Positions 28,359-41,553 of a stretch of DNA of 64,000 bases are shown piece by piece. This stretch comes from Octopus vulgaris (taxonomy: Eukaryota). The first letter of the stretch is position 1. Each line of letters starts with the position of its first letter. The stretch is taken from contig OX597815.1 of the NCBI GenBank assembly GCA_951406725.2, positions 44,020,001-44,084,000 of the forward strand, read 5' to 3'. Position numbers and translations under genes: made by a program. The notes under the pieces were generated by a model. That model had not been told where the DNA came from. It saw only the letters and a program-made list of their open reading frames with translations, and made no database searches.

Positions 28359-28580
28359 TTATATATGTGTGTTTTTATGTCAGTGTCTTCCCCCGCTGTT
28401 TGACAACCGATGTTGGTGTGCTTACACCCTCCGTAACATAGCGGTTCGGTAAAAAGAGACCGATAGAATAAGCATCAGGCTTTAAAAAAGTCCTGGGATC
28501 TATTTGCTCAACTAAAATCCTTCAAGGCGGTACCCCAGCATTGCCGCAGTCCAATAAATGAAACAAGTAAGAGATAAAAG
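27800..28580. mobile_element. Two family B (CORE-like) SINEs head-to-head (- strand 27800-28175; + strand 28180-28580)
   Basis: catggttccgggttca, ctgggcaagtgtcttct and tail ggcggt..ccagcat..ccgcagtc occur in both orientations. Confidence 0.85.
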
Positions 28581-29712
28581 ATTTATGTTATATTTATATG
28601 GATTCATCGCTAGATGATGGCACGTGTCTCTCCTTTCCCCCAACAGTGTGACTGGAGCAACGCCACGTATCAACAGTCAGTACAGAGATCACCTCTCCGG
28701 GTGGTGGTGGTGGTGGTGGTGGTGGTAGGGGTAATGATTGAATTGACGATTTAGATGAAACGATGATAATCCTAGTCATGTCTGATTTAAGCCAACATGG
28801 GTGGTCCACGCACATATCAAGGACCTTTTCCAGTCTGGTTCTCTCTGACACAGAGGAAATTCACTGCCATCTGAGAGGGAGAAAGAGAGAGACAGACAGA
28901 CAGACAAACAGAAAGACAGATATACAGAGACAGAATCAGAGAAGCGGTGAAAGTCAGCACTGCACGACTCTAACTCTAAAACCTTAAGAGGAGACCCACC
29001 ACATTTCTAGATTTCATTCCTTGATTTCATCTGCACATGTTAACAGGCATTGTTATTTTATCCTATCAATTGCCATTCGAGCGTCCGGACTATCAGCCAT
29101 GCTACTCGTGTATGTGAAACTGCATGCAATGCATTTGTAAGCCATAGTGGTGGTACAAATATTTACACATGAAAACGTGGGATGGGTACTGGTTTATTTC
29201 GGTCAGTGCAATAACTGGTCTACTTATCTTTATCGCTCTCCCTCTGTAAATATGTAAGGTAGTTATATTATATATACATATACATGTACAGAGAGAGAGA
29301 GAGTGAGATACGTATATGTGTATATTATATACATACAGGCATACATACGTATATGTATATACAAATATATATGTTTGTATAAATATATATACATATATGT
29401 ATATGCATATATATGTATATGTATATGAATATATCTATATATATTTGCATATTAAGATCCTTTTTATATTTATATGTATTGCTCTTATGGTATCATCTTA
29501 CTCATTGATGTGTACTGTTTTATTCTGTATTATTCTGTTTGATCTGGATGTTCCTAAATAATTAGTTAATAAATTATATGAATTGGTATTATCTAGTAGT
29601 TGATGATTGATTAAAATCTATACCTCCATTTTCTTATTTTGTACATATATATATGTATATGTATATATATATATATGTGTGCATATGTATATATATATAT
29701 ATGTATATATAC

Positions 29713-29746
<34 letters not shown>

Positions 29747-29831
29747 GTATGTATATATGTATGTATGTATATGTATATATATAAATGCATATATATACAT
29801 ACAAATGTATATATATATATATATGCATATA

Positions 29832-29887
<56 letters not shown>

Positions 29888-29892
29888 TACAT

Positions 29893-30425
29893 AGGCGCAG
29901 GAGTGGCTGTGTAGATAGGCGCAGGAGTGGCTGTGTGGTAAGTAGCTTGCTAACCAACCACATGGTTCCGGGTTCAGTCCCACTGCGTGGCATCTTGGGC
30001 AAGTGTCTTCTGCTATAGCCACGGGCCGACCAATGCCTTGTGAGTGGATTTGGTAGACGGAAACTGAAAGAAGCCACATGGTTCCGGGTTCGGAGCCAAT
30101 GCGTGCCACCTTGGGCAAGTGTCTTCTACTATAGCCTCGGGTCGACCAAAGGCTTGTGAGTGGATTTCGTATGCGGAAACTGAAAGAGGCCTGTCATATA
30201 TATCTATATATATATGAATGTGTTTCTTGCTTGTCACTGTGTCTGTCCTCCCACCATCGCTTGACAACCGATGCTGGTGTGTTTACTTGCCGCTACTTAG
30301 CAGTTCTGCCAAAAGAAACCGATAGAATAAGTACTAGGCTTACAAAGAATAAGTTCTCGGGTCGATTTATTTGACTAAATGTGGTGCTTCGACATAGCCA
30401 CCGCCAAATCACTGAAACAAGTCAA
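29893..30425 (+). mobile_element. Family B SINE with duplicated head segments
   Basis: ggcgcaggagtggctgtgt occurs twice; B-box/CORE segment ccacatggttccgggtt...aaactgaaag occurs twice. Confidence 0.85.
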
Positions 30426-30555
30426 TGGTCATATATATACATATATACGTGTGTGTGCGTGTGTACATAAATATATTTATATATGAATGTTTATATATGT
30501 ATATGTATATATATGCATGTCCATATACATATATATACATATATATGTATATACA

Positions 30556-30620
30556 TGTGACTCGAACTCATATCCCTGTGATTACGCGTCAAATGCTTTA
30601 CCATTAAGCTAAACTGCCCA
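30556..30620 (-). other. tRNA-like relic (A and B boxes) between TA-rich tracts
   Basis: Minus strand gggcagtttagcttaatggtaaagcatttgacgcgtaatcacagggatatgagttcgagtcac; no intact acceptor stem. Confidence 0.5.
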
Positions 30621-31469
30621 GTGACAAATTCTTCTGCAATTTTAGGATATATAATCTAGCTATATAAGAGGCTATCGCACGTTAAATTCAACTTTCGTTG
30701 AAAATATTTAATTTTGGATATATACACACACACATATATATATAATATATATGTATCTTACCTTTTCACACACACACACACACACACATGCCTGTGTCTA
30801 ACAAAAGGCAACGATAGAATATGTAACCTACTTTTAAAATAAGTACCGTAGTAAATTCGTTCGCCTCAAACTCTTCAAAGCGGTGCCCTAACACGGCCTC
30901 AGTCCAGTGACTGAAACAAGTAAAAGATGAAAGACACCAGCATAAACAAACAGAGACCGAAAGGTGTAAAGCGAGTGAAAAAGACTGGCAGAAACACAAA
31001 AGGAAGAGAGAAGGTAAAAACACAATACGAAATCTGAAATAAGAATTGTTAAATATTGAAAAAAAATAAAATGATAGAGTTGGAATAAGGTGTTAATTAA
31101 GTTGAAAATATGGAGCAAATATGGATTTGTTTATAAGAAATAATAGAAGAGAAAGGGATAGAAAAGCGCCGGCGGTAATTTTCGGGAAAGACAGTCTCGT
31201 ATTGTGGAGAATTAAACAAATTAGAAAATAAACGAGTGACACTTAAACAGGAAGTTGGGGCGGTGTTGTATGGCCGTCTAGCTCAAGGGTACGGCTATCC
31301 CGTTGTGCACCGGATAGTGTGACTGCTGTTATATGTGAGTGGCAATGGAGTCATTAGAGAATTTAACTTGAATAGATTTTCTACCCAGTATTGTGTGACC
31401 TTTATAACATGCGTTTTTTTCTCCTTCAGTACTTAAAACATTTCGTGTTATGTTTCGACTGTAGGTTCC

Positions 31470-31606
<137 letters not shown>

Positions 31607-31607
31607 A

Positions 31608-31654
<47 letters not shown>

Positions 31655-31656
<2 letters not shown>

Positions 31657-31862
31657 AGGACTCCATGATAGATCGTTAGCTCCTGCACGCATTTTTTTCT
31701 CTCCTTTTTTTCTCTCCTTGTTTTTTTATTTGTATCTTTCTGTCGAAGAGCGTAGGCTCGAAACGTAAAAGACTTTTTCTATTCCTGTGCGCTATACTAA
31801 TACATTTGTTTGTTTGTACTCCACCTGCCTTCGTCTTTTGTTTATTTTCGTAAACTTTCCCT

Positions 31863-31865
<3 letters not shown>
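31655..31865 (+). mobile_element. Solo Penelope-like terminal repeat with minimal hammerhead variant
   Basis: Homologous to the 3' end of the PLE at 40960-41110. tcttt-CTGTCGA-a-GAGC gtag GCTC-GAAAC-GTA-aaaga at 31735-31772. Inserted in (TATC)n. Confidence 0.75.
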
Positions 31866-31918
<53 letters not shown>

Positions 31919-32722
31919 TTATCTATCTATCTATAATGTGCAAAAATGCATAGCTATATACACTTGTACCGGTATGTACGTGCATATACACGTATATGCT
32001 TGCATGTATACATCATTATCACAGCAAATTCGACATGCATAGTTATATACCATGCACATTATAGATAACATACATACATGTATAATATATATGTGTGTGT
32101 GTATACATGCACGCATATATGTATCTATGCATGCATACACAGATGCATGCATAACTACATATATACATGCATGCTTACATTCATACATAGTAGCTGTCAA
32201 CTCGTAGTCAAGTATAACCATCACTGATAAAAGATCTTATCCTAGATGTTAAAGACAATAGCTTTCAGCAATACCCGCGCTGAAATTTAAAGTCAATAGC
32301 AGCGTGCACTTACAAAGACCCTCGCCTACAAAGCCAAACTGTCCAGAAACAAGCAAGTACGAAATCTCTGGTTATATTTTGGAATTCTCCTTGAGAGATC
32401 TCTAAACAAAGATTATGGGTCTCTCATCCCCTGCTGTTGGATGTCCCTTCACTCTATTTATTTCATCAGTTCTTTGATAGCTTTTGTTTTTTTTGTCCTG
32501 CAGGATGTCCAACGAAAGCTACATGTACATGTATGTATGTATCTATGTATGTGTGTATGCATGTCTGTTTTTTTGGTCTATGCATATGACAAATAGATAC
32601 ATGTGCCAATATAGATAGTTGTGTCTACTTCCGTAAGTATAAATAAATATATTCTTGAAAGTTTACATTGGAAAATGCCCCACACTCTCATACATGCTCT
32701 TAGACAGTACATACATTCATAA

Positions 32723-32809
<87 letters not shown>

Positions 32810-33219
32810 TGTATGTATGTATGTATGTATGTATGTATGTATGTTCTGAAATGCGTATATTTTACCTCCAGATGAATACATGCAAATAATCTTATATATA
32901 TATATATATGTCTGTGTGTGTACGCGTGTTAACGTGTGCTTGTGCGTGTATTTGCATATATATATATACATACAGACATACATACATACATACAGACGTA
33001 CACACGTACATATAAACACATACACATGCGGACATGCGTACGTATGTATATACAGACATCCATATATGCGTACGTTCATAATGCATTCATGCAGGTATAC
33101 TTACACATATACATGCAAACATTTATATACATACACTGGTACATATACGTACAGATATAAAGACATGCACACATACATAAATACACTCTTACACACACAC
33201 ACACACACACACGCATGTA

Positions 33220-33762
<543 letters not shown>

Positions 33763-34249
33763 GGGTGAGAAATGTAATATCCATTAATGTCACCTTCTTT
33801 AAATACGTTGTAATACTTTAGAATTAATTGTCTGCTGACGCCAAAAACTATTTCACTAAAACCTTTGTTAAAATTTTTTATATTTTGTATTGTCTATTAT
33901 CATTTCCGTGTACTTTTTGTTATTATTGTATTTCTTTTATTGTTTATTCACTCGTTCTTATTTTTATTTTTTCTCTTGTTTTGTTTCTCTATTACGTTTG
34001 CTTAACTCACATATTTGAACATCAGCAAAAAAGGAAAATAGATGAAACCATTTTTCGTAAAACGCCAATTTGCTCCGTTCTTTTATTTAATCTACTTTCT
34101 GTGTATATAATTTATTTAATCTCCGTTATTTGTTCTAACGTAATTTTTTTTAAACGTCTATCTCTTCCTATTTATCTTGAAGTACACTCTAACTTACTCT
34201 CGGTTTGATTTCGATGTCGGTATTTTTCTTTCCTCTTTTTTTTCTTTTC

Positions 34250-34825
34250 TATTCTAGGCACAAGGCCCGAAATTCTTGAGGAGGGGACCAGTGGATTTGA
34301 TCAACCCCAGTCCACAACTGGTACTTAATTTATCGATCCCGAAAGGATGAAAGGCAAAGACGACCTCGGCGGAATTTGAACTCAGAATGTAGCGACAGAC
34401 GAAATACCTATTTCTTTACTACCCACAAGGGGCTAAACACAGAGGAGACAAACAAGGACAGACAAACGGATTAAGTCGATTACATCTACCCCAGTGCGTA
34501 ACTGGTACTTAATTTACCGACCCCGAAAGGATGAAAGGCAAAGTCGACTTCGGCGGAATTTGAACTCAGAACATAAGAACAGGCGAAATACCTATTTCTT
34601 TACTACCCGCAAGGAGCTAAACACAGAGGGGACAAACAAGGACAGACAAACGGATTAAGTCGATTACATCGACCCCAGTGCGTAACTGGTACTTCATTTA
34701 TCGACCCCTAAGGATGAAAGGCAAAGTCGACCTCAGCGGAATTTGAACTCAGAACGTAACGGCAGACGAAATACGGCTAGGCATTTCGCCCGGCATACTA
34801 ACGATTCTGCCAGCTCACCACCGCC
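34250..34825 (-). mobile_element. Family A SINE trimer
   Basis: Three gaggtcgactttgcctttcatcc cores in tandem under a single head. Confidence 0.9.
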
Positions 34826-34839
34826 TTTCTTCTTTTTCA

Positions 34840-35300
34840 CTTTTACTTGTTTCAGTAATTAGACTGCGGCCATTCTGGGGCACCGCCTTGAAGAATTTTT
34901 GCTAGTTGAATGGATCGACCCCAGGGCATATTTTTTCAAGCCTGACATTTATTCTATCGATTTATTTTGATGAACCGCTAAGTTACAGGGACATAATAAC
35001 AACACCAGTTGTCAAGCGGTGGTGGGAGGACAAATACAGACACAAAGACGCACGCGCGCACACACACACACACAAACACACACACAAATATATATCATGG
35101 TGACCGACCAGGCTATCAGATGTTGCTGCACATCGCTGGTCACAATGCGCTTCGAATTGTTTTAACCTTCAAATGACGCCACCCTGCCGGCTAAGCGAGC
35201 AGGCCAAACATATATATACGATGGGCTTCTTTCAGTTTCTGCCTATTAAATCCACTCACAAGTCTTTGGTCGTCCCGAGGCTATAGGAAAAGACATTTGC
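34840..35300 (-). mobile_element. Family B SINE with nested 115-bp module
   Basis: Tail acttgtttcagtaattagactgcggccattctggggcaccgcc; insert at 35095-35206. Confidence 0.8.
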
Positions 35301-37312
35301 CAAAGCAGAATCGTCGATGGTCCATGCTCCTTAGGGAGCATAAAAATATAATTCGAAAAGAGAGAAACTTTATCGGAATGGATATTGTCAATGTGAAGTG
35401 TTCTCTTAAAAGATGTGTTAAAGGCAAGCAGATTGAATGCGGTTCAAAATATAAGGTGATGTCAAAGAGTCACATGAATGGAAACCATCCCAGTTATTAA
35501 CAGTAGATAATGTAGGTATAATAAATCATACTTAAGGAATGAAGAAAGTAGACTTTGTGACGTTCTGATAAACAAGTCACTTCCAAAGCCATTGGCGATA
35601 TACACTATACTTCAATATTATTTTTTTCTCTTCACCATGTATTTTCAGAAGAAATTAGCAACTTCGAAAATGATAATGATGAAGACGACGACGACAACGA
35701 TGTCGGCGAGAGGCGGTGGAGCAAGAAAAGGATTGTTGTTATTGCTGTTATTTTGTCCAAGTTGTCCTGAATAAGAAAACATGAGAAGAGAATAGTTTCA
35801 TTACTAACGGCTTATTTTTCTGATGGTATATTTTATCCAATGTTTCTTATATTAAGCCATTTAGATTGAATTTGAAGGAGGAGATTTGGTTTCAATTTTT
35901 TGTTATACTACTGGTGATATTAATGGGTTTCCTTTTTCGTCTTGGTGCTTATATTTGCAATCACTATTTGTTGCTGTTGGTTGTGGTGGTGATGTTGGTG
36001 GCGTTTCGTTATTGCTGCTGCTGTCTTCTTCTCCCAATCAGGGCTCATTAGCCACAAAGAATAATCTCTAATTCGAGCCTACTCTAAGCTACTAAGAATG
36101 CGTGCGGCAACTTGAAAATCCACCACCACACGCGATAGACTGGCGGTTGCACGGGCGCGAAAGCTACGTTGTTATCCTCATTCCGTAAACGGTGGCTTTT
36201 AACGGGTGGAGAGCTGAACCATCATGGGGTATAGAGGATTCGCAATCTAGACTAGGGTCTGAAAGTTTACCCCCACCCCGTCGAAGCCTCGTGGAGCTTA
36301 GGTTTTTTTGCTCAATAAACAGTCACAATGCCCGGTCTGAGAATCGAAACCGCGTTCTTACGACCGCGAATCCGCTACCCTAACCACTGGGCCATTGCGC
36401 CTCCACTGCTGCTGCTGCTGTTGTTGTTGTTAAGGAACAAGATGGTGATTAGGTGATGGTCTAGGGCTTGGGGTGGGAGACCCAGACCTTGGAAAAATAA
36501 ACTTTGGTCGTCTTGTTGTAGTCGAGGGCTTTTCGTTGACGCCCGATACCACTGGGAGCTGACCCTCGAAGTCGCTGGAAATGGAGATCTCCAGTTCCAA
36601 ATTCTTGAACGGCTGCTGCTGCTGTTGCTGGGGCCTCTACTGCTGCAGCTGCTGTTAAGCTCCATCTCAGCTCCGATCGAGAAGTCACATGATCAAAGAT
36701 GTTCCAGCTGTAATCTTACTGTTCCTTTTCTCTGTCTAAAACAATGGCTCGCAACCGGCGTCCATATGGTCCTTGGAGAGTCCATATATACGATTTTGTC
36801 GTTAAAATTTGTGCAATAAATAGCTTATACTTTCTATAATACACAAGATATTTTAACAATCTTTTTATACAATTTCTAATAATATTTAATTATAAAAATA
36901 TATGATTTTTTTTTAAACATCGAATGGCTATGAGAGTCCAGTAGAGTAAATAAGAATCAAAGGGTCCATTGTCTAAAACAATTCTGTCTAATGTATTCTT
37001 CCATCCTAAGACGAAATAGTGTAATATATTGGATATCTGGCTGCTATTTCTAACACGTCTTGTGATCATACAGACCTGGGGAACCATTATCAAAAAACAG
37101 GGCGCGTGAGACGAGGACCATATAAGGCAGGCTGCACTACTAAAAGAAATCGCCACATAATTTGTCCATAGACGTGTCATTCAGAAATCCAACACGGCGG
37201 CAGTTTGCCCAAGACTGATACAGAGACAATTCCTGTTGTTGGCCTGCTGTTACTGTAATTGTCTTGTCGTTGATGTGAGGGTATTGATGGTGGTATTAGT
37301 GATTGCAGTAAT

Positions 37313-37805
37313 TAGAAGGCGGCGAGCTGGCAGAATCGTTAGCACGCCGGGCGAAGTGCGTAGCCATATTTCGTCTGCCGTTACGTTCAGAGTTCAAATT
37401 CCGCCGAGGTCGACTTTGCCATTCATCCTTTCAGGGTCGATAAATTAAGTACCAGTTACGCACTGGGGTCAATGTAATCGACTTAACACCTATGTCTGTC
37501 CTTGTTTGTCTCCTCTATGTTTAGCCCCTTGTGGGTAATAAAAGAATAGGTATTAGTGATTGCAGTAATTAGAAGGCGGCGAGCTGGCAGAATCGTTAGC
37601 ACGCCGAGCGAAGTGCGTAGCCATATTTCGTATGCCGTTACGTTCTGAGTTCAAATTCCGCCGAGGTCGACTTTGCCTTTCATCCTTTCGGGGTCGATAA
37701 ATTAAGTACCAATTACGCCTTGGGGTCGATATAATCGACTTAATCCGTTTGTCTGTCCTTGTTTGTCCTCTCTGTGTTTAGCCCCTTGTGGGTAGTAAAG
37801 AAATA
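37313..37805 (+). mobile_element. Two full family A SINEs in tandem, bounded by three copies of a 21-bp TSD
   Basis: ggtattagtgattgcagtaat at 37292, 37549 and 37806. Confidence 0.9.
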
Positions 37806-38148
37806 GGTATTAGTGATTGCAGTAATAATGACGTTGGCGATAACAACATTTGTAGCGGCGTATATCGATAAGCAATGAAAGTAGAGACTTATACTACAAC
37901 AGCCTCACAACAGTTTATGAGCGAACAAAAATTATCAACGGCAGGTCTTGTGTAAGACGACTATGCACAATCGGTAGCCGTTACAGCAAGCAGTGTCAAT
38001 AAAGAGGGAGGAGGAATAGATGATAGGGGGAGGGCTGCATAAAAGTGAGACAAAGGTCAACAGTCAAAGGAAATCTTTCTACGCCATCATTAACTTATCC
38101 TGTCACCTCCGTTCGTCTGCAGCATCACACGTACGCTTACAAATCATG

Positions 38149-38195
<47 letters not shown>

Positions 38196-38536
38196 TCGTC
38201 TTCTTCTTTTCCTTCTTCTTCTTCTTCTTCTTTTACTTCTTCTTCTCTTGCTGCTGTTGCTACTGTTGCTGCTAATACGGATGGAATTCCAAAAGATCAA
38301 CATTCCGCAGAAAAATGACAGCATAATAGTTAGTGCAAGATCTTGGTGATGTTTTGGGATTTGTGCATAGAATATGGGTAACAGGAGGTGTATGTATACA
38401 CAAACACACACATACACATACAAATAAATATATATACACGTCATCTTAGACACACACATATATATATATACGGTATATATGATTATAAGGCGGTGCTCTA
38501 GCATAGCCGCAGTCAAATGACTGAAACAAGTAAAAG

Positions 38537-38567
<31 letters not shown>

Positions 38568-38632
38568 GTCCCGGGTTGATTCGGGGTTAACCACAGTAAA
38601 TAAGGTACTCAATACATAGCAGAGTAAAATTA

Positions 38633-38753
38633 ATTTATTATATAGAAGGAGCTTCTACAGGACTAGAACTGTTTCATTCAAGAGAAATCTTCAGTTCCTG
38701 AAGATTTCTCTTGAATGAAACAGTTCTAGTCCTGTAGAAGCTCCTTCTATATA

Positions 38754-38759
<6 letters not shown>
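38633..38759. repeat. Perfect 62-bp inverted repeat (3-nt spacer) built from a hammerhead-like terminal repeat
   Basis: Arms 38633-38694 and 38698-38759; each reads CTGAAGA-tttctcttgaat-GAAAC-agttcta-GTC. Confidence 0.9.
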
Positions 38760-38802
<43 letters not shown>

Positions 38803-39310
38803 TATATAATAATTTTATGGAGGCAACACAGGCTGAGTGTAAAAAAAAAACATAATTAAAATACACATTCGAAACTTATACATATATATATTCTTTATGA
38901 AATGAAAATGAAAATTCCAGAATACATAAACACACATAAATAGACAAATGTCGATGTAAAACATAAAACACGAATGTGTATTTTAATTGTTCTTGTCAAT
39001 GTCATAAAGACTTATAGCACGTATAGTTGTTGCGTGTGGGTGTATGCATATGTACATTTACACACACACACACACACACTTATATACAGTTATCTTTCAT
39101 TTTACAGGGACTGGCTTTACGAGTTCTTTTAGACTCCGCATGTGTTGCCTCCATAAAAATATTATTTTGAAAATATAGCTCACAACGAGCACTACATCAT
39201 CCTATCTGTATTTTAATGGGAGTTTGCGTCCAATAATTCTATATTTGTTCCACGTCCTCGCGTTGTTGTGTTTTTTGTGCTTTCATGTTTGGATTAACTT
39301 TATATATATA

Positions 39311-39741
39311 TACTCTTTTACTCTTTACTCTTTTACTCTTTTACTTGTTTCAGTTCAGTCATTTGACTGCGGCCATGCTGGAGCACCGCCTTTAGTCGAG
39401 CAAATCGACCCCAGGACTTATTCTTTTTGTAAGCCCAGTACTTATTCTATCGGTCTCTATTGCCGAACCGCTAAGTGACAGGGACATAAACACACCAGCA
39501 TCAGTTGTCAAGCAATGCTAGGGGGACAAACACATACACACAAACACACACACATACACACATATATATATACATATATACGACAGGCTTCTTTCAGTTT
39601 CCGTCTACCAAATCCACTCACAAGGCATTGGTCGGCCCGGGGCTATAGCAGAAGACACTTGCCCAAGATGCCACGCAGTGGGACTGAACCCAGAACCATG
39701 TGGTTGGTTAGCAAGCTACTTACCACACAGCCACTCCTGTG

Positions 39742-39743
<2 letters not shown>
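39311..39743 (-). mobile_element. Full-length family B (CORE-like) SINE
   Basis: tRNA-like head, CORE-like catcttgggcaagtgtctt, internal (TA/TG)n, tail ending (AAAAGAGT)n. Confidence 0.9.
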
Positions 39744-39789
<46 letters not shown>

Positions 39790-39813
<24 letters not shown>

Positions 39814-41110
39814 GCCCAAATATTCTCGAGTTTCACTGGTCCCACTCCTGAACTATTGGGTCGTTGTATTGACGACTGTATCGGTGCAGCCTCACTCTCC
39901 CGCGAACATCTAGTCTCCTTTTTTGGGTCAAATCTTTCCATTCTGCCCTCCACTTCTCCTTCACTATTTCCGACACCTCAATCGCCCTTCTCGACATTTC
40001 GGTCAGCATTCATCACTCTACTCTCACCACCACTGCAAAAACACACAAACTCACACTCATACCTCAACTTCTCCTCCTCCCACCCTAAACACACCAAGCT
40101 TTCCATTCCCAATTCATCCGTCTACACAGGCTCTACAATGACAACCATGACTGTGAGACTCAGTTTCAACTCATGGCTTGCCACTTCATCCTATGTGGAT
40201 ATCCCCTCACCACTATCCACACCGCTCTTGCCAGAGCACGTTCCGTGGACTGTGTATCTGCTTTCTCACCCCGCGCCCTCCCCGTCGTCACCCACTCTAC
40301 CTATCACTCTTTAAAACACCTGTCTGTGTTCGGATTGTCTTTGCACAGGGGCCATACGGACTCCAGTCTTCGCCGTGAGCAGGGATTAATCTTCTCTCTA
40401 TGCTTCTTTGTGCCACACGGACTCAACTCCCCTCTCTCTTCATCTAACCCTCCTCCTCTTTCCTCTCTTCCTCTCACACCTACTTCCTGTCCTCTCTTGC
40501 TCTAGCACCTACTTCCTCTCGTCATTCCTACCCACCTTCTTCTTCCACCCTCTCTCTTCATCGTCACTCCCTCTCTCGTTAACCACGCCTACACATTCCA
40601 GCCCCATCTCACCCCCACCCCATCTCTTAGACCGCCACCCTTGTTTCCCCCTCACCTCTCCCCCCACCCCCCACACCACACACCCCCACACCACACTACC
40701 ACATCACACACCTCACCACACACCACCACACCACACTACCACATCAGACACCACATCACACCACCCCACACACACTAGCACTGACCACTTCCCAGCACAT
40801 ACACCATCATCCACATACCTACACATGCACAAACGCACGCATCAATGTCCCTAGCCCCCTTCCACACGCACATACACGTTTTCATATACCCATGCACGCG
40901 CACTTTCGTTTTAGGATCACCACTGCTTTATTATCTCCCCTGTTTGACCCCTCTGTCTGGCATTCGCCATGATAGATCGCTAGCCACTAAGCCTTTTTCT
41001 GTTGTCTCTCCCTGTTATTTGTGTGTTCCTTTCTGTCGAACGTTAAACTAATACATCTGTTTGTTGTTTACACACCGTCTTCCTCTTGTTTTTTTGTAAA
41101 TTCTCACTAT
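39790..41110 (+). mobile_element. Decayed Penelope-like retroelement (Neptune-type RT and GIY-YIG C-terminus) with 3' terminal repeat
   Basis: LLGRCIDDCIG (RYIDD-like), PFLDISV, HTNSHSYLNFSSSHPKHTKLSIP, and C-terminal RREQGLIFSLCFFVPHGLN. Frameshifts and internal deletion; flanked by (TA)n. Confidence 0.85.
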
Positions 41111-41496
41111 ATATATATATATATATATTATTGAACGCAGTACTTATTTGCTGAATAATTCGAATATGAACTAGAAGCAGTGCTAGTGTTGTAAACATTA
41201 TGAAACACACTCAACGTATGTACTTAGCTTGTTCGTCTGTAGGCTGTGGACATCGTTGTGGAGATGACTCCTCCTCAAAGCACCGGGTGTTAAAATACCT
41301 GTAAATTATAGACAGGCAAGACAACTCACCCTAAATCCTATTCAAGAGCGATGGACATTATTGTTCTGCCATTTTTGTGGCTTAACAACATCACGTACTT
41401 GAACCGAAGGCAAACTTAATTGCCATATATGTATACATGTATATATACATTTGTATGTCCGTCTGTTTATGTATAAGATACGTGTAAAATATGCGC

Positions 41497-41548
<52 letters not shown>

Positions 41549-41553
<5 letters not shown>

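Noticed and set aside
36440-36690. GC-richer minus-strand ORFs (75-96 aa)
   Set aside because: No recognisable domain or clear splice signals; partly (CAG)n low complexity and adjacent to a SINE head.
37292-37826. CRISPR-like pattern of three 21-bp repeats
   Set aside because: The spacers are two near-identical SINEs, the context is eukaryotic, and there are no cas genes.
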